Below are positions 7,564 through 12,861 of a stretch of DNA of 12,861 nt, piece after piece. A program made the translations under genes and the position numbers. The stretch lies in contig JAHQJS010000004.1 of assembly GCA_019057385.1 (NCBI GenBank), positions 649,547 to 662,407 on the forward strand, given 5' to 3'. The first letter of the stretch is position 1, and each line of letters starts with the position of its first letter. The notes beneath the pieces are model-generated. The model did not search any database. It worked only from the letters and a program-made list of their open reading frames with translations, and was not told the origin of the DNA. Source of the stretch: Candidatus Borrarchaeum weybense (GTDB taxonomy: Archaea; Asgardarchaeota; Sifarchaeia; Borrarchaeales; Borrarchaeaceae).

Positions 7564-7597
7564 TTTTCTCAAAAAGTGAAGCCAGAAACAAAACAGA

Positions 7598-8347
7598 TTA
7601 ACGTTTAGTTATTAAAATTTTCCCTTCTGTGAATTCATACCAGAATTCATCACGAGAGTACTCACCTTCTGGCATTTTTTGGATCCTCAATGTGGTACGG
7701 AATGTATGCCATTCTTCTAACTCAGTCTTTGTAAGACTTATCACACCGTCAACCATATGCTCAAACGCTCTAAGGTAATGTTTCTGATGTGCATCGGCAT
7801 GCACTATCATAACCAATACTCTGTCAGTTTTCTTCTGAGCTGCTATTTGGTGTTGTAAATATGCCAATGGTGCTTTTTCGATATCAGAAGTTACAACCAT
7901 TGTTGAAAAACTATCAACGACGCCTCGAATTTGAATCTGCGGGTTTACATGGAGTAGAGCTGACCTCACGACTTGGTTCACTTCACGAGTATCTGAGATG
8001 TTGCGGACGAAATATTTTGTCTCAGGTCTGAACTCTCCCCAAGAAAAGGGGTCTGTGAATGCATCAATATATATGAGTCGCCTAGTCTCTGTAACGATTT
8101 CGGGGTTTACTCCTAACGCCTTTAATAAACCTGAGTAAAATACAAATGGATGTTCTGTGCTTAAGATATATCCATATTCACCCTTCCGTAAAGCTTCCGT
8201 AAGAAATTTCATAACCAGTGGAGCTGGCTCTACACCAACTTTATCTTCTATTAATATAACTGATCCTCTAGGGATTCCTCCTCCTAATGCTAAATCTAAT
8301 GTTGGAATACCAAATTTGGCTTTTGTAAGTTTTTTTTCTTCTTCCAA
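7598..8347 (-). CDS. KaiC/RadA-like RecA-fold protein with degenerate Walker A
   Basis: 'FGIPTLDLALGGGIPRGSVILIEDKVGVEPAPLVMKFL' matches the KaiC/RadA N-terminal pattern but lacks G-K-[TS]. 'GVVDSFSTMV' matches Walker B. TTG start with AGGGAC upstream. Confidence 0.8.
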   Translation of the reverse strand: MEEEKKLTKAKFGIPTLDLALGGGIPRGSVILIEDKVGVEPAPLVMKFLTEALRKGEYGYILSTEHPFVFYSGLLKALGVNPEIVTETRRLIYIDAFTDPFSWGEFRPETKYFVRNISDTREVNQVVRSALLHVNPQIQIRGVVDSFSTMVVTSDIEKAPLAYLQHQIAAQKKTDRVLVMIVHADAHQKHYLRAFEHMVDGVISLTKTELEEWHTFRTTLRIQKMPEGEYSRDEFWYEFTEGKILITKR

Positions 8348-8362
8348 AATTGTCCCTTCCTA

Positions 8363-10051
8363 TTATAATTGATTATTGTGTCCCTTTGGTATAATTTCGT
8401 CGAATTGTTTCTTATAATACTCCCCTGTTTCCTCTGATATAAAGTTTTTTTCTTTCAGTTCAGATAAGCCTTTGAACAAAACTTCCTTCTTTGCCTTATC
8501 TGTTGTAAAATTTAACTGCAACAAAGCCTCATCAAAGATTTTCTGTAGTTTTTGATCTCCTTTTAACTTATCATTAATCATTTTATTTAATGCACTGATC
8601 CTTTCTTGAATCGGATGTGTTGTTGATTTCATTTGTTCATTAAGAGCTTTTGAAGACTCTAAGTCGATAATGACAGGAAGTCTTATGTTTAACCTAATAC
8701 GGTTTCTATCATCTTTCTTCGCATATTTGTTAAGAATAAGCGGAATATACACCAATTTATGTTCATTAACCTTTTCAATCCATTTCGGTTGAAATAAAAC
8801 TGATGATGTCCATTGAGTGCTTTGAATGGTTGACTCCGTATTATTTAGTGCTTCTTTAAGATTTTTTATTTCTTTTAGTAGTTGTTGCTTTAGAAGTTCT
8901 AATGCTTCCAGTTTTTTTTGCTTATCATTTTTCAGGTTCACGATTTTTTGCTGTTCATTTTCTATTCTTTCAGAATTGTCCTTCTCAAGCTGCTCTTTTT
9001 TAGCTTCAGATTCCTCATAAATATGCTTAATCTTGTTATTGCATTTCTCATAGGAATAAGCAATTCTTCGAACGATATCTTCTATCTTTTTTGCGTCTTT
9101 CTTTGCAAATTTTACCATTGTGCCAGCTTTGTTCAATATATTTTCCGCAAACTGCTCTCCTTGAGCTTTTTGAACGTCATTGATTTCTTTATATGTATCG
9201 CGTACTTCTACATACAGCAAGCGAAGAACGTTTATATGTGGCTCTAATTCTTCTCGAAGCGTATGTATTTCACTATTTGTTTTGTTTTGTTTATCTTCAT
9301 TTAACTGATGGATTTCACTTTCTAGCATTGCAATATATTCACTAATATTTTCATTCACTTTTGTAGTCATTTGATTGATTTGTGAATCATAATTTTCTTC
9401 TTGTATTATGCTCGTTTTAGCAATATCTTGAACCCAATTAGAGCTATTAGTTAAAACGGCTTGTTTAAATCCCTTGAACTCAACAAGGTTTTTGTCTATT
9501 GAAGACAGGAGATTATTGAATTCTTTGGTATATTCTTTTGCAGTGGTTTGTGATATTAAAGGCATAATGGGAATAATCTCTTCTTTATCAGTTTTTTTTG
9601 CGAGTTCAAGTAGAGAGGAAATCATTTCCATTAAATCTGGTTTAAAAAATCCAGAAATCTTTAGTTTATCTTTCTTTGGTCTTCTTTTCGATATTTCTGT
9701 CTTAATACTCTTTAGAATGTTCAAATAGTCATCTATCTCGACATTTAGTTTCTTTAAGTCGTTATAACGAGGAGGGGTTGTTATCTGGATATCTGCGCTT
9801 GAGATCTGTAGCCCATCAATAAAATACCCATAGTTTGTGTCAATAAGAAACGTCCAAAAAGGCCAACCTATTTTCGAAAATCCAATTATATCTTCATCGT
9901 CCTCTTTGTTCATATCCGTAGTCATAAATTGAATTGCAAATTCTATCGCCTGTGAAATCAGCGATTCTGCGTCTTTAATAGTTGCTTCTTTTTCAGCTTC
10001 TACTGTCCCTAGCACAAAAGGAACGAAAAGATGCGTATCTATTGATTCCAT
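8363..10051 (-). CDS. Uncharacterised large coiled-coil protein, likely co-transcribed with the KaiC-like gene
   Basis: 562-aa ORF, ATG with AAGAAGG upstream. Lys/Glu-rich heptad-like central region ('EESEAKKEQLEKDNSERIENEQQKIVNLKNDKQKKLEALELLKQQLLKEIKNLKEAL'), non-coiled N-terminal region ('GWPFWTFLIDTNYGYFIDGLQISS'). Ends 15 nt upstream of the KaiC-like start. Confidence 0.75.
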   Translation of the reverse strand: MESIDTHLFVPFVLGTVEAEKEATIKDAESLISQAIEFAIQFMTTDMNKEDDEDIIGFSKIGWPFWTFLIDTNYGYFIDGLQISSADIQITTPPRYNDLKKLNVEIDDYLNILKSIKTEISKRRPKKDKLKISGFFKPDLMEMISSLLELAKKTDKEEIIPIMPLISQTTAKEYTKEFNNLLSSIDKNLVEFKGFKQAVLTNSSNWVQDIAKTSIIQEENYDSQINQMTTKVNENISEYIAMLESEIHQLNEDKQNKTNSEIHTLREELEPHINVLRLLYVEVRDTYKEINDVQKAQGEQFAENILNKAGTMVKFAKKDAKKIEDIVRRIAYSYEKCNNKIKHIYEESEAKKEQLEKDNSERIENEQQKIVNLKNDKQKKLEALELLKQQLLKEIKNLKEALNNTESTIQSTQWTSSVLFQPKWIEKVNEHKLVYIPLILNKYAKKDDRNRIRLNIRLPVIIDLESSKALNEQMKSTTHPIQERISALNKMINDKLKGDQKLQKIFDEALLQLNFTTDKAKKEVLFKGLSELKEKNFISEETGEYYKKQFDEIIPKGHNNQL

Positions 10052-10067
10052 TTTTGAGCCTTCTTAC

Positions 10068-10082
10068 ATTATCATTGATAAT
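10068..10082. promoter_or_regulatory. Perfect inverted repeat ATTATCA-T-TGATAAT in a divergent intergenic region (candidate operator)
   Basis: Direct reading of 7-1-7 palindrome between the coiled-coil gene (minus) and nikR (plus). Confidence 0.35.
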
Positions 10083-10151
10083 TAACTATTTAACGACTTA
10101 ATGGTTTTTATGAAAAATAAGCATTAGCAATAACTAGTAGGAGATAAACCT

Positions 10152-10583
10152 TTGACTGAAGAAAAATTTATTCGATTCTCAGTAAGTCTGTCAGAGGATT
10201 TACTAAACGAATTCGATAAAATTAGGCAATTAAGTGGTTTTGAAACCCGAAGCGATGGAATACGATCTGCAATGCGAGACTTCATTGTCAATTACAAGCA
10301 GTTAGAACAATTAGAGGGTGATCGTGCGGGAACTATCACTATTATACTCGATCATCATGGAGAAGCGGGGGTTATGGACCAATTAACTGATTTGGAACAT
10401 CATAATAGATCCATTATTACGGCGAATCTCCACATTCATCTAGATGAAGAAAATTGTATGAATATTCTAGCCGTCCGTGGGGATGTAGAACAAATAAAGA
10501 ATTTGGTTAGTAAACTCAATGCATTGCCACTTAAATACATCCGTCCAACATTGACAGTCCCTGGAGAAGAAATCCCAACGTAA
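10152..10583 (+). CDS. nikR: NikR-type nickel-responsive ribbon-helix-helix regulator
   Basis: N-terminal RHH 'FIRFSVSLSEDLLNEFDKIRQLSGFETRSDGIRSAMRDFI'. C-terminal ACT-like domain with ligand motif 'LEHHN...HIHLDEENC' matching the NikR His/His/His/Cys site. Start TTG at 10152, with TAGTAGGAG upstream. Confidence 0.88.
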   Translation: MTEEKFIRFSVSLSEDLLNEFDKIRQLSGFETRSDGIRSAMRDFIVNYKQLEQLEGDRAGTITIILDHHGEAGVMDQLTDLEHHNRSIITANLHIHLDEENCMNILAVRGDVEQIKNLVSKLNALPLKYIRPTLTVPGEEIPT

Positions 10584-10689
10584 ATTGGGGCGAATGGATA
10601 ATCACCACTAAACGATTGTTGCTTTGAAAACAAGATGTAAAAAAATGAAATGTGATTAATTAAGCCTTAGATATTGATAAATCTAAGTA

Positions 10690-11370
10690 CTATACTGTTT
10701 TCTCGATTTTATGCAAGAGGCGGTCACTAAATTTCTTTTTATAGACAATATAGGCCACTATTATGACCACAATGGCCACGAGGGTGATCGTCTCAAAGAA
10801 ATCAATTGCTTCTGCTAGACCTGCATATGTGCGCCCGACAATCCAACCAAGGGCAGCCAAAGAAAAACAACGCGGCAGTGCCCCAAGAAATGTCCAAATT
10901 GTGAATTTTTCAACTCTAATTCGTAAAACGCCAAAAATAAAGGACATTACAGAAAGTGGGATGATTGGGATTGCCCGTAATGTAAAGATAATGCCTGGGA
11001 TAGCCCCTGGACGTGCTTCAAATTTATTTTGCATAATATCAAGTTCTTCTACTGAGACTCCGAAGAGCCATTTGTATTTTTGAATCGCTGGACGTCCGCC
11101 GTAATATCCAATCCCATATCCGATGTAGGAGCCTAATGTTGATGCAAACGCACCAACTACTGCGATTAATAGAAGTTGGATTATCGCAGCAGTTATTCCT
11201 AGATCTGGGGACAGCAAAATGAACCCCGCTCCCATCATTATCAAAGGAGAGGGAATAGGAATAATAACTGACTCGATTATTACACCCAGAAATACTCCAA
11301 ATAAACCTAATGTACGTATCCAGTTTATCACGGTAGTAGTGAAGGTTTCTACTAGTTCTCCAAGAATCAT
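10690..11370 (-). CDS. DedA-family (SNARE-associated/VTT domain) membrane protein
   Basis: 226 aa, multiple hydrophobic segments. 'GVFLGVIIESVIIPIPSPLIMMGAGFIL', 'GAFASTLGSYIGYGIGYYGGRPAIQKY', 'FTLRAIPIIPLSVMSFIFGVLRIRVEKF' follow the DedA layout. Confidence 0.85.
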   Translation of the reverse strand: MILGELVETFTTTVINWIRTLGLFGVFLGVIIESVIIPIPSPLIMMGAGFILLSPDLGITAAIIQLLLIAVVGAFASTLGSYIGYGIGYYGGRPAIQKYKWLFGVSVEELDIMQNKFEARPGAIPGIIFTLRAIPIIPLSVMSFIFGVLRIRVEKFTIWTFLGALPRCFSLAALGWIVGRTYAGLAEAIDFFETITLVAIVVIIVAYIVYKKKFSDRLLHKIEKTV

Positions 11371-11459
11371 AATAATTCAACCATCCAAGTTTAGATTTTG
11401 AAAGCAATGAGTCAAATATGTGGAATCATTAAAAATCTTACTATGACTAAGCCAGAAAG

Positions 11460-11480
11460 CACTACAGCTTCAGCGTGGTG
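11460..11480 (+). repeat. Left-end hairpin of the IS200/605-like relic: CACTAC...GTGGTG
   Basis: 6-bp arms with one T.G pair, loop AGCTTCAGC, about 20 nt inside the putative left end. Confidence 0.45.
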
Positions 11481-11495
11481 ATGAATGGCGCGAGG

Positions 11496-11504
11496 TTTAT
11501 ATAG
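11496..11504 (+). promoter_or_regulatory. Candidate TATA box (TTTATATAG) upstream of the tnpB fragment
   Basis: Archaeal TATA-like 9-mer, 66 nt before the ATG at 11570. Confidence 0.35.
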
Positions 11505-11569
11505 TTTGTGAAGATAGGTTATAGGAACAGCAAGACGGCTCAAAACATTAGCACGGGGGAGTTCACATC

Positions 11570-11860
11570 ATGCAACAGGTGATTACGGGAGTGCCGACCG
11601 CACCCTCAAAAAACGAAGCCATCAAAGCTACCTTGAAAGCTACTAAAGCGCGCCACACGCGTCAACGCTGTCGGGTGTTTGAGGTAAAACTCGACAGCTC
11701 ACACCTTAACCAGCACACACAAGCACAGTTGAAGTGTTTATTTCTGGAAGCCAAATGGCTGTATAATCATATTCTCTCGCAGCCTACTGTGTTTGCCATG
11801 GACTATAAACTCGCTGCAGTGCCGGTCAAAGTCAACTTCCCTTTGAAAAACTCAAAGCGT
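11570..11860 (+). pseudogene. tnpB: 5' fragment of an IS605-type tnpB (RNA-guided nuclease family), truncated at the uppP stop codon
   Basis: 'RCRVFEVKLDSSHLNQHTQAQLKCLFLEAKWLYNHILSQPTVFAMDYKLAAVPVKV' is the conserved TnpB N-terminus. GGGGGAG upstream. The RuvC-like and zinc-finger regions are absent. The open frame to 11920 is antisense to uppP. Confidence 0.75.
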
Positions 11861-12672
11861 CAAATTAGCGGCAAAAGTCCTAGAATAACCGCTATTAATC
11901 CTATAATAACACAAAAGTAGGCAAAATTGACCTTTTTAGCAATTACTAAAAGAAAATCCATGCTAAGTAAACCAAAGACAAATGCTACACCGATCATTAT
12001 TATTAATACATAGATGGAAATGCCTGCCAATTTAGGGACGCCTGAAATTAACAAATCGAAGATAAATGCCCCAAGAATCACAGGAACACTCATAAGAAAA
12101 CTATATTTCAGACAATTTTCTTGCTCAATTTTCCTCCCTAGAAGGGTAGCAACTGTAGTTCCAGAGCGACTTATTCCAGGAAGGATACTAAACCCTTGAA
12201 TCAATCCTAAAAGAATTATTTCCTGAAGTGTAAGATCTGTAGCAGGTCGATATTCACGGATATTCCTAAAGAAATAAAGGATGATACCTGTAACAATAAG
12301 GAATATGCCAATCAAAGCCGAAATGATATCCCCGTAGATTGGGTTAAATAGTTCATTTAGAAGAAGATAAAGTGGAATCGCTGTTACCCCAGTGGCCAAA
12401 GTTGCGATAATTAGAAATCTTCTAAGATAACTGAATTCGGCTGTTTTAGAAAATATTATATTAAAATACTCTGAGCGATATTTTAGAAGTGCTGATCCAG
12501 CTGTTCCAAGATGTAACCAAATAATTAGTGACAATATTGTTGATAGTTCGGTGATATTGAATACGTAAAGCATAACAAGCGTGATTTGTCCTTCCGAACT
12601 AATTGGTAACCATTCTAGCAGCCCTTGTAGTATTGCAATAAGAATAAATTGCAAAAAACTCAAATAAATCAC
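11860..12672 (-). CDS. uppP: Undecaprenyl/polyprenyl-diphosphate phosphatase (UppP/BacA family)
   Basis: 270 aa, multiple TM segments. 'GLLEWLPISSEGQ' (EFLPxSSxGH-like motif) and 'PGISRSGTTVATLLGRK' (PGxSRSxxT motif). Start read as GTG. Confidence 0.87.
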   Translation of the reverse strand: MIYLSFLQFILIAILQGLLEWLPISSEGQITLVMLYVFNITELSTILSLIIWLHLGTAGSALLKYRSEYFNIIFSKTAEFSYLRRFLIIATLATGVTAIPLYLLLNELFNPIYGDIISALIGIFLIVTGIILYFFRNIREYRPATDLTLQEIILLGLIQGFSILPGISRSGTTVATLLGRKIEQENCLKYSFLMSVPVILGAFIFDLLISGVPKLAGISIYVLIIMIGVAFVFGLLSMDFLLVIAKKVNFAYFCVIIGLIAVILGLLPLI

Positions 12673-12687
12673 ATCTCCCGACCCAAG

Positions 12688-12708
12688 CCCCTACCCTTTA
12701 GGGTGGGG
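12688..12708 (+). repeat. Right-end-like hairpin: CCCC-T-ACCC TTTA GGGT-GGGG
   Basis: 8 paired positions with one bulged T, preceded by AAG and followed by TAATTGAC, the usual appearance of tnpB-type IS200/605 right ends. Confidence 0.5.
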
Positions 12709-12779
12709 TAATTGACGTTCCTGCTTATTCTTTGGTCTATATAGTAGCAACTGGTTTTTTTGGATATTATAACTGAATT

Positions 12780-12861
12780 GATGACTAAACTCTTTTATGA
12801 TTATTCTGATGACTAAACTCTTTTATGATTATTCTGATGACTAAACTCTTTTATGATTATT
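12780..12861. repeat. 28-bp perfect tandem repeat, 2.9 copies, running off the window end
   Basis: Unit GATGACTAAACTCTTTTATGATTATTCT starts at 12780, 12808 and 12836. No spacers and no mismatches. Confidence 0.95.

Larger units (their letters stand above)
11442..12716 (+). mobile_element. Putative decayed IS200/IS605-family (tnpB-type) element with uppP inside
   Basis: TTAC at 11438-11441; left-end-like hairpin at 11460-11480; tnpB 5' fragment from 11570; right-end-like hairpin at 12688-12708 followed by TAATTGAC. Exact ends are inferred from family knowledge. Confidence 0.45.

Noticed and set aside
10763-11083. Plus-strand 106-aa ORF inside dedA, with others such as 11039..11407 - and 11219..11401 +
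   Set aside because: They lie within or antisense to the convincingly coding DedA frame and show no recognisable domains. They are likely shadow ORFs.
11861-11920. Downstream part of the tnpB-fragment ORF as coding
   Set aside because: It is antisense to the conserved uppP C-terminus and no longer resembles TnpB.
12780-12861. Possible CRISPR array
   Set aside because: The 28-bp units are directly adjacent with no unique spacers, and no cas genes are in the window. It is a simple tandem repeat.

Overview
The window looks like an archaeal, probably Asgard-type, chromosomal segment: AT-rich, with TTTATATAA-type TATA boxes, GTG/TTG starts and a TRAPP/V4R-like protein. Taxonomy is inference. Left part, plus strand: a 209-aa protein with a putative longin/roadblock-like N-terminus and winged-helix C-terminus; a 170-aa V4R (TRAPP Bet3-like) protein; then a tight same-strand cluster of a fused MoxR-type AAA+/VWA protein, two tandem diverged nucleotidyltransferase paralogs and an AlkZ/YcaQ-like winged-helix protein (HTH_42); then a small Cys/His-rich basic protein. 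Middle: a 50-codon membrane microprotein absent from the ORF track; a candidate structured RNA on the + strand behind a strong TATA box; and a minus-strand two-gene unit coding a KaiC/RadA-like protein with a destroyed Walker A motif and a 562-aa coiled-coil protein. Right part: nikR; a DedA-family membrane protein; an IS200/IS605-type relic (left-end hairpin, 5' fragment of tnpB, right-end-like hairpin) whose interior is occupied by an antisense uppP gene; and a 28-bp perfect tandem repeat running off the window end. The strongest candidates for something undescribed are (a) the MoxR-VWA / double nucleotidyltransferase / AlkZ-like cluster, (b) the pseudo-KaiC plus coiled-coil pair, (c) uppP between the ends of an IS605-family element, and (d) the candidate ncRNA at about 7476-7563. 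All family calls come from motif recognition by eye, with no database search.
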